DNA of 63,936 nucleotides, the filler included, from Octopus bimaculoides (taxonomy: Eukaryota): assembly GCF_001194135.2 (NCBI RefSeq). It is 6 parts of 6 records of this genome, joined end to end, with 100 filler letters (N's around TTAATTAATTAA, not from the genome) between each part and the next. Parts side by side here need not be neighbours in the genome. Positions count along the whole stretch, not along the records: positions 1 to 31,664 come from NC_068985.1; 5 more parts are not named here. One strand, 5' to 3'. Below, piece by piece: positions 1 through 13,800 of the stretch. The notes under the pieces were generated by a model. That model was not told the DNA's origin and searched no databases. It saw nothing but the letters and a program-made list of their open reading frames with translations. The position numbers were made by a program, and so were the translations under genes. The first letter of the stretch is position 1. Each line of letters starts with the position of its first letter.

Positions 1-83
1 TATATATATACACATATATACATACATACATACATATACATATACATATACATTCGTTTCTCTCCCTGTTTCTTTCCGTGAAC

Positions 84-119
84 CTTTCTGTAGAAGAGCG
101 TATGCTCGAAACGTTAAAG
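84..119 (+). ncRNA. Hammerhead-like motif with atypical core (probable Penelope-type pLTR remnant)
   Basis: CUUU / CUGUAGAA / GAGC-GUAU-GCUC / GAAAC-GUU / AAAG. Stems I and II pair, but the core is 8 nt rather than CUGANGA. Confidence 0.4.
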
Positions 120-235
120 ACTTTCTCAATTTCCGAGCGTTATATAAATATATCTATTTGTTTTCAACACCAACTGTCTTCGTCTGTTTTTTTTTTTTTG
201 GGGGGGGGGTTGTGGATTCCCCCTATACATATACA

Positions 236-300
236 TATACGACGTGCTTCTTTTAGTTTCCGTCTACCAAATTTACTCACATGGATTCTGTCGACCCGGG
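236..300 (-). mobile_element. tRNA-derived SINE family A fragment
   Basis: Reverse complement of the gagtggatttggtagacggaaactgaaagaagcccgtcg segment shared by many copies in this window. Confidence 0.7.
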
Positions 301-2429
301 CAGAATTACATTTTCTTCTGGAATTGATAAGTGTCGTTCATTTGACAGAAACCACACAAAAAATGTTGTGCCTATAAACCTATTTGATAAATCATTCTGA
401 TATGTTTTAGACACAGATACGAGATAAAATACAAAAAATCTTCGCTGTTCTGTATATGCCTAGTAGCTATTATACCTAATTCAACATTGATCAAACAAAA
501 CTAAGATCAAAATCATTCTACTCATAATCAATCGATCTTTGTGCATATCTAGGCCTACTTTGCAGAATATATAATTCCTTTCTTAAGCATTAGGATATGA
601 CTACCTAGGGATTTGGCAGCTATTTCTAAGCAATTATTTAGAGACTCTTCTCCGTTTGATCAAATGCTGTTAAATATTGATCAACAGTGACTCTTTCAGT
701 GCATTTCAAAATCCTTTATTTTTCATCACATACCTTCTGTTTTTTTTTTTAATTCCCACGTTAAAATATAATTTAACTTTAGCAAACTAAGTAAAACAAA
801 ATTATCTAAAAACATAAATGACTAGCGCACGATTTTCTTCTTTCACTCTCTCTTTTTTTTATTATTTCTTTTTTCTTCATTTTTTTTTTAGAGAATTTGT
901 TTTTAATGAATTACTTTATATTGCTTTGTCAGGCGGGAATTATAAATGTAAAGTAAAAAGTACTAATGTTTTTTCAAGCCGTGTTAATTGAAAAATGAGG
1001 GCTTGAGGGAAGCGTCAATTGAAATCTAAATAAATGGTAGTCATAATTCATTTAGTTTCCGTCCTTTGAGATTTATAATGGTAAAACATATTTAGCTTAA
1101 AGTGCTCACAATGAAATGTATTTCCATATCCTGCAGTTAGCAGTCAAAATCAATAATGTCTTTCCATACTTTCACCACTTCCTGATCTGTTGCTCTCTCA
1201 CGTCTCATTTTGACTACAAGGCATTGGTTTGGATTTTCATGTGTGCGAAAATAATTAAATTTTGGAGGCTGCATGAATTTCACTGAATGGACACATGTAC
1301 GTTTTGCGATTCTTATCTTTTCAACATCATAAGATTGAAAAGCAATTTTTTTATAATTGCAGGATGTTGAATATAAAGAATTATCTTTTATTATTATCTA
1401 AACTTAATTGTTACCTTCAGCTGAAAATCGTCATTACGCTTATGTCAAACTTTAAAGATATGCACACAACGATGTTTAGACACAAATGTAATAACATCGT
1501 AAAAAATGTTCATTAGATGCGCATCAACAGAAGATACGAGTTGTTCGAGCCCGAAAAATATGCCAGTCTGGCTTAAAAATTTGTCTGCAGTGTTTTTTGT
1601 TTTTTTTTCTCAAGACTTTCTAGTGGCCCAGTTCTCTTGAGAGTATCTTACCACAATTCGAATGTCATTTCATAGAGTTCCATATATTTGTTATTTATCT
1701 ATGAGTTGGCTTTGTTCGGAAGATCTCTTTCCAAATGCGTTCTAGACGATAGTACCATATTCCATTCAAGCATAAGGCATCAAGCGCAGTTATCAGGCTT
1801 CTGAATGGTTGGCGTGATTTGAGGGAAATCTGGTTGTTATTTCTAATGGGTTTATCGACCATACAGTGGTATACTCCTTGACTTCTAGCTGTCTCATAAT
1901 GTCGTGTCCTTACTAAACTGCACTGTGAAGATATAAAGTTTTTAGTCGTGAACAATTTGTGAATGAGAATATACAATAAAATTAATAAATTTGAAATTAT
2001 CTTTCGCGTCATTTTGCTTAGGAAACTCTCATTTATTGTCCAATGCAGTAAACATGTGGATAAGTGAATAACTCCAGAAAAAAAAAACAATGGAATGGTG
2101 TGTTGTAAACTTCAAGAACCGAAACTCTTTCTACACAGCTTAGAAATAAAAGCAATGCCTAGATTAAAAACTCATAAATTTTATGATATTACTAATTACA
2201 ATTTAGTTTATCTCTTACTTGTTTCGGTCATCGAACTGCAGCAATACTGTGAAACTACCTTGAATAGTTTAGTCGAGGGATTCCACCCCAGTATTGATTT
2301 TTTAAGTTTGGCATTTATGCTGTCGTTATTTTATATTGGACCGACAAGTTCAGTATAATAGATTGCCGATCCTGTCGTGCCAGTATGGCAGACTAGGCTC
2401 ATTAAACAAATTTACGGCCTCCACATCAG

Positions 2430-2530
2430 ACTGTGGTCGATAAAATAAGTACCATTTGAGCACCGGGGTAGATGTAATCGACTAGCCCCTTACCCCAAAT
2501 TGTTGGCATTGTACCAGATTTTGAAAACAA
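2430..2530 (+). mobile_element. SINE family B 3' fragment
   Basis: gtcgataaaataagtacca...gatgtaatcgact motif shared with 43015-43228. Confidence 0.6.
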
Positions 2531-3290
2531 TATCATCTCCCTGACCACTTTGAGTACCTGGTCTTGTCATCAGCGGTAACAGGCTTCGATTAAGGCTCTG
2601 CGGCAGCTTCCACAATGTTATTAAAGGGATCCTATTTCATAACGCAAGGAACAAGAGGATGTTTCACTCTTGATTTATATGCCAATGTCTGACGTGCTTA
2701 ATAAAGTGTCGTAGACGGCCTAGACACGCTGTATGTCAAAGCCGTCAGACACGGACCAAACGATGTTCTGCGGCTGTATGTTGCCCCGCCATTGTTACCA
2801 GAAGCCCACAATCCTGCTAGCTCGTGCTTCCTCAACGTCTGCTCGTAATTCTTCTTAAAAGACATGCTGTTCATCTTTTCCTTTCACGTAACCCATCATG
2901 CAGGTTGGAAAGTAGCACGAGCCCGAGTGCTCTTTTACACAGTCCCCAAAAAAGGCGTTTGCCTCAATCGTTCCTCTACCACCTGCAACTCTCTAGTAAC
3001 GCTTCTCTTCCAACTTGTACAAACTTGAAAGTCCTCTTCCACTATTTTGGTGTTCCTGGAATCTCTGTATATAACGGCTTTCTTTTTAGTGACACTACAA
3101 ATACCTTTGAAGAGCTACTGAAGGAATGTCTTAAGATGCTGGTTGATAAGGGCTGAGCAATATTGTGTAGGTTCTTTGGTGAGGCTAACCACTTCCGTAT
3201 CAAACTTCTAAACTTCTCCGGGTTTCTGCAGGTGACATCCTGACATGATGTAATGACAGGAGCTACGAGAAAATTTGATACCGGAGGATC
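2530..3290 (-). mobile_element. Degenerate Hero-like RLE non-LTR retrotransposon fragment (post-RT to zinc-knuckle region)
   Basis: Minus-strand translation with stops and frameshifts: RKWLASPKNL..., VEEARASRIV, AVYDTLLS, CSL..., SCRRAL..CYR..QDQVLKVV. This parallels the Hero-type RRWLGLP / VYDVLP / SCPKALGEGRYRWRHDQVL motifs. Confidence 0.7.
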
Positions 3291-5478
3291 AACTATTTGC
3301 CAAGAAAGTTTACTTGTTTATTTCTGAAATATGAAATATACAAAATATATAAAATATTACGAAACATAAATTCCAAAGCAAAAAAAGTAATTTGAAATTC
3401 GTAATTACTTCTTCAAAATGAAGCACAAAATCATTGCTATTTTACAATGTAACATTTGTATCTTGTATAACTATAAAATATTCCGTGCAGCTGCTAGAAT
3501 CAAATGAAAGAAAGGAAGTCCTTCAAACATTTTAAACAATCATGAGTCTTGGTTGCCTGATTTGTATGATTAATGATTAATAATGTATATTTTTGATATT
3601 GAAATAATTTTTTTTAAAGTATGGCTTTTTAAAAAAATTTGAGTTGCAGAAATTTCATGTTGTATTTTATATTATATTATATTAAATTCGAAGAGATATG
3701 AGATCTGACACAAATCATTTTATTTTGAAAAGCTGGCCGAACTATAAATGTAGTTTTGCTTGGATTTGAATATTTTATTGCAATACTAGCTTAGATCAGA
3801 GAAAACTTGTTACCACGACAGCATATGAGAGAATATTCAAATCATTCAAATAAGTTGGATACACATTTCTGCTTGTAACTGCTGACGCAAGTTTATAACA
3901 CAAGATTGTTATTGGAGCACAAATAAAATTGGTTGAAAACATGATAAATTTGAGAACAATGAGTCTGCAGTTGAATTAGATTTTTAATTTGATTTCTAAA
4001 GTCTTTAGGAAATAGGAAAATCAAAACCTCCCATTTTAAAAGCATTGAATTAAAACATAATTAATAGCTTTCAACAATATGGATGTAGGATGTGAATGAA
4101 GTGCACTTTCTAAAGTTACATTTTCTCTATTGTCAACTCACAGTGAAAAGCAAGATGAGCGTCTTCTTCAAGACTTTATGTTATGCTAATGGAAGAAAAC
4201 ATATACAGAGCAGTGAACTATTTCTATGTCGTTCAATTATATTTGTTTTTTTTGTTGTTTTTTTTTTTTCAAATGAGCCCTATGTAATATAAGTATAAAA
4301 ATACAGTCGTCAAATTTCTCGAAATAACTAAATTGCATTGTTCTCTTGTTTTCTCATTTCAGTTGTAAATATATATAACAAATATATTTAACATTCTGAG
4401 ATCAAACCTGATGCCATGATGTCAAAATTGAAAATAAATACAGAAAGCTGCTGAGCTGAAATTCAAACATCCCGTGAGATTTTGTAATTATTTAAAGTAA
4501 GAATATTTTCTTTCTTTCTGTTCTTATTTTCTGTTAAGAAGACTGACTTTGATTTGAGTGAAACTTTACTACGTTTCTTGCTTGTTTCATGGAAATTACA
4601 TAAGTTTCTAAGAACGAAGAGTTTCGGCTTTCTGACACTGTCAATTTTCCTTTCGGGAAAAGATCGCATTATTTATTGACACACATCACATCTGCAAGCA
4701 ATCGCCACAACGATAAATGTTTCTTCCCTGTTGGATGTGAGTCTTCGTCTAGGACAAAAAATCAAAGTGTGCAGGGGCATCCATCAACATTTGTATACAT
4801 CAAATCTTATTTATGTTTACTTATAACTCTTCCTTCTATAGCTGAATAAACAACTAGCTGTTAACCTTTACTTCAATCCTCTGTAAAATTCTGCTCATAA
4901 ATAACCTAAATATTCAAACACTATTCCTACCAATTCTGTAAATAGAGACCACGAAAACGTCCTTAAATGGAATAGCGATGAAATACGCGCCTTCAATTGC
5001 AAAAAGAGACTATATACAAACATAAAACAAACAGTATTGCGCTATACCAGCCATGAACATAACAAAAAAACAAAAACAATCAAATTCACTAACAATATTA
5101 GGTCATAGGTCTCAGTTAATCTCTTATGACGATTTCATATATTTCCAAGCCTATATTACAAAGGAAAGTCTTCCACTACAAGATTAAAATGTATTTAAAA
5201 ATTCACCGATTTCTAACGCTTTTCACTACTCAAATGTAAATTAGAAACATGAGTCAGGTACTATTGAAAGATTAACTTCTTAAGTATTAGTATAACATCG
5301 TGTTCTAGAATTGGGTTACGCTCCAAAAGTTTATTAAAATATAACGATTACATATTCTATAAGATCAATACATAAGTAATCTTTACCAGACAAGAGCTAA
5401 TCCAAACGAAGCAACGAGGCAGCATTTATGTGTGCTTCAAAGCAGGCTTCGTTATAAGATTACTCTGAGATTAATGGT

Positions 5479-5532
<54 letters not shown>

Positions 5533-5759
5533 ATGTGTGTGTGTGTAAATGATATGTTTACAAGAAAAAAATTACCATACACAAATAGGGAAAATTTGTC
5601 CATGTCACTGTCTCTCCCTCAAGGTGATTCCGTTTACGTATATACACTTCGATCCATAAGCATACATATGTACATGTATATGTATATTATACATATAAAT
5701 ATAAATATATATGTGTGTGTGTATACATGTATTCATGTACTTGCATATACATAAGGATG

Positions 5760-5803
<44 letters not shown>

Positions 5804-5867
5804 CACCTTGAAGGTAAATTTTGATACTATATGTTTGATGGTTCGCACTAGAATTCTCATGAATGCA

Positions 5868-5908
5868 AATAATAATAATAATGATAATAATAATAACAAT
5901 GGTAATGG

Positions 5909-5948
<40 letters not shown>

Positions 5949-6112
5949 AGCAATGGTAATGATAATAATAATAACAATGGAAATGATGATAATAATAATA
6001 ATAATAATAATCGTAATTATAATAATAATGATAAAAGTAATAATGATAACAACATCAACAGCTGTAACAGCAGCAGCAACAACAACAGTAACAACAATAA
6101 TAATAATAACAA
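5868..6112. repeat. Compound (AAT)n/(GAT)n/(AAC)n microsatellite
   Basis: Directly visible trinucleotide runs. Confidence 0.95.
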
Positions 6113-6389
6113 AACGTCTGATATTGCAAGCAGTGAGGTACATTAAAGATTAATGATGGTTATGTTTCTTTCCGATTCTAGCACCATTAATCATTTTCAG
6201 ATCTCATATCTTTTACATGGAACTGTCTTGCCTGTTTTATAACCAGATGAGGTAAAAATAAAAAAAGGATGTGATCATATAAAAAATTGTTTGTTTCTTA
6301 GATTTTCGCTACTTTGTATGAATGACTAATGTTGTATCTTGAGTAATGGGCCTAAACGTTTACAGGGATGATTTTTTTAAATGTTATAT

Positions 6390-6421
6390 ATGTGTGTGTG
6401 TGTGTGTGTATGTGTGTGTGT

Positions 6422-6481
<60 letters not shown>
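6390..6481. repeat. (TG)n microsatellite
   Basis: Directly visible. Confidence 0.95.
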
Positions 6482-6482
<1 letters not shown>

Positions 6483-6896
6483 TACGTAAGTATGTGTATA
6501 TATGAACTGATATTATCTCATCCTTCATATAACCCAGCAGTTTAGATCTAATGCATGATTTATCATGAGCAGTTTACATTTTTTATTGTGTTCACCGATA
6601 TTGACACGGATCCCGGGAGATACAGTTCTTACTAGCAAGGCCAGTCTTCCCCTGTCTATCTGCTATAATTCTCTCTAATAACATGATACATTAACTTTGT
6701 TTCTATGTAATTAAGCGGTTCGCATTATTTGAAAAATCTTTGCCTGGCCAAAGGCACTCCTGTTTTAAGTAAAAACGGTAGCATTGCGTGGAGGATTAGG
6801 CAAGTATTTTCTATTATAAACTCAGGCCGACGCAATAATTTGAGTGGATTTGGTGGATCGAAACTGAAAGAAGTCCGTTATATATATATATATATA

Positions 6897-7271
6897 ACTG
6901 GCCATGCTGGAGCACCACCTTTGTCGAGCGCAAATCGACCTTAGGACTTATTCTTTGTAAGCCTAGTACTTATTCTATCGGTCTCTTTTGCCGAACCGCT
7001 AGGCTACGGGGATCTAAACATACCGGCATCGGTTGTCAAGCGATGTTGAGGGGACAAACACAGACACACAAATACACATACATACAAATATGTATATATA
7101 CATATATACGACGGGCTTCTTTCAGTTTCCGTCTACCAAATCCACTCACAAGGCTTTGGTTGGCTCGAGGCTGTAGTAGAAGACACTTGCCCAAGGTGCC
7201 ACGCAGTGGGACTGAACCCAGAACCATGTGGTTGGTAAGCAAGTTACTTACCACACAGCCACTCCTGCGCC
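6897..7271 (-). mobile_element. SINE family A, near full length (tRNA head, CORE-like ccttgggcaagt block, internal TA/TG tract)
   Basis: Reverse complement begins ggcgcaggagtggctgtgtggtaag (A box) and continues ggttcagtccc (B box); matches 50848-51265. Confidence 0.9.
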
Positions 7272-7816
7272 CATATAGTGGAACGGTAGGAACTCCGTCG
7301 TAGCTTAAATTGTCTCAGGTATTTTAAACGTGGTGAGTAATGTCCGTTACTCCGCCTGAATATCGTATACCGAGTAAGAGAAATCGATCCCAATAATGGT
7401 AGTTAATATATCAAATCAGGATTGATGAAATGCAAATATAATCTCGGTGCTATTTGAACTGAAGCCGCGGAGAAATTAAGTCTGCGAGGTAAGATTGTCC
7501 GACGATCTAACAACTCTGCCAACTCACTTCCTCAATATTTGCAAGCATGCGTCCTAATAAATAAACATTTATGCAAGCAAAAGAGTGCATAACGGCGTGA
7601 GTTTCATAGTTAATAATTTAAGGTCAATATGTAAATATATTTGCGTGTGCATGTGCGTATGGATATATATATATATATATACATGCGTGTGTGTGTATTA
7701 TATATGCATGTATATATGTAATTATATATATATATATGCATGTATATGTAAGCAAGTACATACACATCTGTCTAGCTATAGTTAGGTAAGTGTATATATA
7801 TATATACGTGTGTGTT

Positions 7817-7867
<51 letters not shown>

Positions 7868-10063
7868 GCGCATACGTGCATATAGGCTTTTCCAGTTCTT
7901 TTTCCTTCAATAATTTTCAATACTTTTCCCTGTAATTTACAGTTCCTTAAATCTAAAATTCTTTACTACTTCTATATCAATTTCAGTATTTTCAGAGAAA
8001 GTTACTCTGCAGTGAGAATTAAACGATATCATAACCAAGGAATGGGAAATATCTATAATTGTTCTCTTAAAAACCGATGATTGGCCCAAACAGAGAATAA
8101 TACAGAACGATTTGTTTGATATGTGTTAAAATTTTTAGACGCCGATGATAGACATTTTTTTGCGCGTGGTTGATTTACATTACGCTTGTATAGATTTGCA
8201 ATTTCAAATAGCAGTTGGAATTCAAGAAGTAGATATATTTATTGCATTATCATTTACTTGTCGGTTTTATAAGGAAGAAAATAGTGAAACAAAAAGCGAA
8301 TGTATGCTTGCATATCGCAGGGTATAATTTACTTTTCTATAATAGGTGGAATCTGTCAATGAAGAAGTTATATTACATTCCGATTATGATCCATAGCATT
8401 ACTAAACTCTAAGTTCCTCCCATTTCAGATAACGAAGCCGTGACGGACGCAACGTAGTGTAAATATGATATGTGAGAATGTAGCTTTCTGTTTAACATAT
8501 ATCACAGTTTGAAGTTTCTTATGTAGTGAAGCATGAAAAATACGGCTTTTGCTGTATTTTAGTTCATTTCATTTTATTATTCTCTTTATTTTCAATAATA
8601 ATATCTAAAATATACTTTCTAAGTCTATAATTCAGCTAAGATACCATATTATTCTGGTGTGTGTATATATATGTATACATACATACACACACATATACGC
8701 ACACATATTAGAATTTTACAATATAGTTTATAGATTTGTATGTCAGAGATATCCACCATATTCTAGCAAGCTGATCAATAATTGAAAACAATATTATTTT
8801 ATATTGCTAAATAAAAATACCGATTGTTTATCACTCGTGATCAGATGCGATCTTTCCTTGAGGGTTAAGAAGCAATTCTTCATAGCTATCGATCAAAGAT
8901 CAACCCGTATCGATTCCCTAACAGCTGGAGTCTATTTTATTAAGTCTGAAAAACAAATAAAACTGAGATTAACGGTCGCTTGAGATGTTGGAATGACGGT
9001 GTCTTAGTTGAAAGTTTAACGGTTCATATCTTGTCACTTTTATCCATGTTCAGAGCATATTTATCTATATTGAGGAAGAGTAAGATACTAACAGTTATGC
9101 TTATGTTGGAGACCATTATTTCGACCTGATACCAAAAAGCAGTAACAATTCGAAATAATGGCTTTTAACATAAGCACAAATCTACCACATTGAGAAGTGA
9201 TAGTCAATTAAATTGACTGTAGATCTTGATTCTAGTTCTTTATTCTATTAACCGTGAAAGACTCGAAAACAAAATGGACCTAAACGTAGAGAGAAAAACC
9301 GCCAGACATTTTGTTCTACACACAGATAGATACAATGAACTATGAGTAGAAAAGTGCTCAGATAATTGAATTTAGTGCACATTTGTAATCAGCACAGCGT
9401 GTTCTACTGAAGCAAACATATTATTGATAAGCTTTAGTCTACTTTCGTACTGTGAAGTTAGTTTTCTTTAAAATATTTAGGAATGTGCCATTACAGTAAA
9501 TCTAACCTATTATTCATGTATGGCGTATTTCAGCAAATATTATTAAAATCCAACTTTTGCTGGAACACTTAAGTTGTCAGGCAAAATAATTATTAAAACA
9601 ATTAATTAATAAGGATGACGAATATAGCTTTCTACATATAACTTTACATACTTTTACAATAATTGTAAGGTGATTTATAAAACATACCGTACCTACTGTT
9701 ATTTTCTAAATACTTACATCTTATTATCTAATCACAGAAACAAAGTCGTTAAGGAAAGTTACATTACCTGAATGGAACTTTAAGAAATTCCATTTTTCCA
9801 CCAAAGACACCTGTTTATATTTGGAATTTTCATTGCAAACATACTGAAATTGAATGAAATTTTATTGATTTTAGCGTAAAATATTTTACTGATATTTTAA
9901 TTTTTTATTGTGTTCTTATGTTTATTTGTGTTATCCAATATTTGCCATCATAATCATCATCATCGTCATCATTGTCATCATTACTGCACTTACTATTATT
10001 ACTAAGCCTTGTTTCTTAAAGGTCTATTGTACACCCTTATTCTTTTAGTGTTCATCATCATCG

Positions 10064-10129
<66 letters not shown>

Positions 10130-10130
<1 letters not shown>

Positions 10131-10560
10131 TTTAAAATAAATTATGATCCGTTGTCTTCTGCTGAACCGGGGTCATCCCTTCACCCTAGGGTCAAGCAGG
10201 TCCTCATCTCACGGAGAGTACACAGCGTGAAATGTGTGCGGAACCTAGCAACACTATTTTCTGAAGTTCTCCCACGTTAACATTGCAAGGGAGTTTGTTG
10301 AGCTGCTTATCAAGGCCCTTTTTAATTAGCCCTAACACTCCAATCACCACTGGTATTGTGCTGCTTTTCAATCCCCATATCTTGGTCACTTCTATTTCAA
10401 GGTCTTTCAACTTAAATATGGACACATTTCTCTCTGATGGTACTGTCACATATATCATTAAGCAATTTTTATTCTTCCTATCTTTGATGATTATGTCCGG
10501 CTTGTTTGCCTTGATTTCTTTATCGGTATTTATTGGCATGTCCCAGAGTACTGTTACATC
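10130..10560 (-). mobile_element. R4/Dong-clade non-LTR retrotransposon 3' fragment (RLE domain and 3' UTR) ending in (TAA)n
   Basis: ORF 10204-10539: ANKPDIIIKD..CLMIYVTVP..KLKDLEIE..PVVIGVLG..LQKIVLLGSAHI. An (ATT)n array abuts the 3' end. Confidence 0.9.
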
Positions 10561-10569
10561 ATCTTACAT

Positions 10570-10821
<252 letters not shown>

Positions 10822-11007
10822 TAAGGGCCGTGAGCTGGCAGAAGCGTTAGCACACCGGCATTTTAGTCCGTTTTTAAGTTTTGTGTTCAAATCCAAATTC
10901 CGTGATAATTGTTCGCTAAAACCAAATGCAGAAGAATGAACGTCGCTTATAAGTGTATGGTTCTTAATAGAGAGCAAAATTCTATCTAGGTCTACATTAA
11001 TTTTAAG

Positions 11008-11776
11008 CGTAGGAGTGGATGTGTTGTAAGTATCTTGCTTACGAATCACATGGTTCCAGGTTCAGTCCCACTGCGTGGCAGCTTGGGCAAATGTCTTCTA
11101 CAATTACCTCGGGCCGACCAAAGCCTTCTGAGTGCATTTGGTAGACGGAAACTGAAAGAAGCGCCCGTCGTATATATATATATATATATATATATATATN
11201 NNNNNNNNNNNNNNNNNNNNNNNNNNNNNNNNNNNNNNNNNNNNNNNNNNNNNNNNNNNNNNNNNNNNNNNNNNNNNNNNNNNNNNNNNNNNNNNNNNNN
11301 NNNNNNNNNNNNNNNNNNNNNNNNNNNNNNNNNNNNNNNNNNNNNNNNNNNNNNNNNNNNNNNNNNNNNNNNNNNNNNNNNNNNNNNNNNNNNNNNNNNN
11401 NNNNNNNNNNNNNNNNNNNNNNNNNNNNNNNNNNNNNNNNNNNNNNNNNNNNNNNNNNNNNNNNNNNNNNNNNNNNNNNNNNNNNNNNNNNNNNNNNNNN
11501 NNNNNNNNNNNNNNNNNNNNNNNNNNNNNNNNNNNNNNNNNNNNNNNNNNNNNNNNNNNNNNNNNNNNNNNNNNNNNNNNNNNNNNNNNNNNNNNNNNNN
11601 NNNNNNNNNNNNNNNNNNNNNNNNNNNNNNNNNNNNNNNNNNNNNNNNNNNNNNNNNNNNNNNNNNNNNNNNNNNNNNNNNNNNNNNNNNNNNNNNNNNN
11701 NNNNNNNNNNNNNNNNNNNNNNNNNNNNNNNNNNNNNNNNNNNNNNNNNNNNNNNNNNNNNNNNNNNNNNNNNNNN

Positions 11777-11839
<63 letters not shown>

Positions 11840-11970
11840 ATGTGTATATGTTTTCTGTGTGTTCTTCCCCCAACATCGCTTAACAACCGATGCTGGTGTG
11901 TTTACGACCCCTTAACATAGCGGTTCGGCAAAAGAGAACAATAGAATAAGTACTAGGCTTACAAAGAATA
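11008..11970 (+). mobile_element. SINE family A with an assembly gap in its internal microsatellite
   Basis: 5' half before (TA)n and the N gap; 3' half after (TG)n. Confidence 0.85.
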
Positions 11971-12149
11971 AAACAATAAGAAGCATTCTCCTCTTATGCT
12001 TGTAAATTCTTTAAAACTTTTCGATTTTATCACAAATTCAAATTCTTATAAATATTCATAAGATGGTATAAGACTACAAAAGAATATATTAGACTTTACA
12101 AGACTTTAAAAAACTTTATAAGAGGTGTTGAAAGAGTCGTTCTTCATTT

Positions 12150-12536
12150 TCAATACATAAAATTTAATTTCTTTTGTACTGCCGTGTGAGCACTTCCTAG
12201 GCTGGTTTCCGTTTTCTGTGACAATTTGCGTAAGTAATTTGACGGGCTTGCCAACAGTTTACCAAAAATATTGGAGAGCGTTTCGTCTGAAAGAACATTA
12301 GGCCTACCACTTCTTGCTGTGTCTTTCACCGAGCCTGTGTTTCTAAATTTTCTTATCAAATCCCGTACAATGTTACGATGTGGAACAACAGTATTTGGAA
12401 AAGTTTCACTGTACTTCTGTTTTACAGTGTCTGTGTACTTGTTTCTAGCTCGAAACACCCATTCAACTAAAAAGGTACGTTCTTCAATGGTTAGCATGTC
12501 AACACGTTGAAAAGTAACCCAATGATTGAGGGACAA
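12150..12536 (-). mobile_element. Tc1/mariner-superfamily transposase N-terminal HTH fragment (DUF4817-like)
   Basis: LTIEERTFLVE..RDLIRKFRNTGSVKD..RSGRP..SPS..LRKLSQ is a typical transposase DNA-binding region. Confidence 0.85.
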
Positions 12537-12574
12537 AAAAGCGGTGAGCTGGCAGAAACGTTAGCACGCCGGGC

Positions 12575-13025
12575 AATATATATATATCAAGAAAACAAAA
12601 AATGGAACAAGAACGTAACAGGCGACAACAAACATACGGAAAGTTAGACGATACAATAAAGGACAGGAACAAATAAGGACGGGTCATTCGGAGTTTTCTC
12701 TCTTCAGTCGATTTCCAGACTTTCTCAGCAGTTTCGGCCGGTTACTCTCGAAACTGCTCCAATCTGGCTGGCCCCAGGAAAATCTAAGCTAAGAGCACTA
12801 GATTCTTTGGAAGAAAGCAAGGGAATGTATACGAAAACAAGGAGGAAAAAACGGAGAAATGGTACACAATTACAAATACAAACAGCAGTACATTAACGAC
12901 AGGTGTCCTTCGACTAAGGATGAATTAAATTAAGCTGGTGTGTGTGGAAGTGAAGCTTTACGGCAGGAACATAAGTCATGGGAAGGAATATAAGAGACGC
13001 TACACGGATGGCAGTCTCTAACAAA
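12575..13025. repeat. Unclassified interspersed-repeat-like segment with a 10-bp inverted repeat
   Basis: agcagtttcg-N12-cgaaactgct hairpin near 12727-12758. The segment is bounded by TA tracts. Family assignment is uncertain. Confidence 0.4.
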
Positions 13026-13068
13026 GAAATATATATATATNNNNNNNNNNNNNNNNNNNNNNNNNNNT

Positions 13069-13117
<49 letters not shown>

Positions 13118-13130
13118 GATAGATAGATAT

Positions 13131-13187
<57 letters not shown>

Positions 13188-13214
13188 GAAAGAGAGGGAC
13201 AGATAGATAGATAG

Positions 13215-13745
13215 ATGCTTACACGGGATAGAAAAGAGAAACTGTGTACTGTTGTGGAAATCACCTACACAGCGGATGTTAACATAAAGCTAAAGATCAG
13301 TGAAAATGAGAATACCTTCCCTGAACTATTGAGAAATCTGCAGTTACTCTGTGTAGATTACAAGTTCAGATTTATGAATGTAATTATTGAGACCCTGGGT
13401 TATGTAACACACTGCCTAAATACCAATCTCGAAAAATTAGGCTTCTCAATAGGAGAAAAGAGAAAGCGGTTTCGAAGACTACAGATTCAATCCATCACTG
13501 GAACTGTAAAAATCTGTAAGACTTTCGAGAAGTTTATCATTTAAGTATGTCTGAGCATGTCTGGATATGGAACTATTTGCGTGAAAATACATACTTGTAC
13601 AAAACATACAAATCTGCAGGTATGGATACATACATACAAAACGCTCTCTTGATGTTGTTGAAATTCCAAGGAAGGAACCTTGGATCTAGGTAAGAAAGCG
13701 ACTCTTTCTCTATTGGTAAGTCATTTTGAAATGAAATTGAATAAT

Positions 13746-13748
<3 letters not shown>
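13215..13748 (+). mobile_element. RLE-type non-LTR retrotransposon 3' end (subfamily distinct from the R4/Dong copies)
   Basis: ORF 13215-13544: DRKEKLCTVVEI..ADVN..IIETLG..LQIQSITGTVKICKTF resembles an RLE C-terminus. Confidence 0.7.

Positions 13749-13800
<52 letters not shown>

Noticed and set aside
1695-2090. 131-aa minus-strand ORF
   Set aside because: No recognisable domain, no convincing splice signals, and the composition fits AT-rich non-coding DNA.
3090-3150. SILRHSFSS on the minus strand resembling a tyrosine recombinase box
   Set aside because: It lies in frame within the Hero-like LINE relic, and no other recombinase motifs are present.
5852-6137. Asn/Asp-rich stretch as a possible exon
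   Set aside because: Weak acceptor and donor, and the content is entirely microsatellite.
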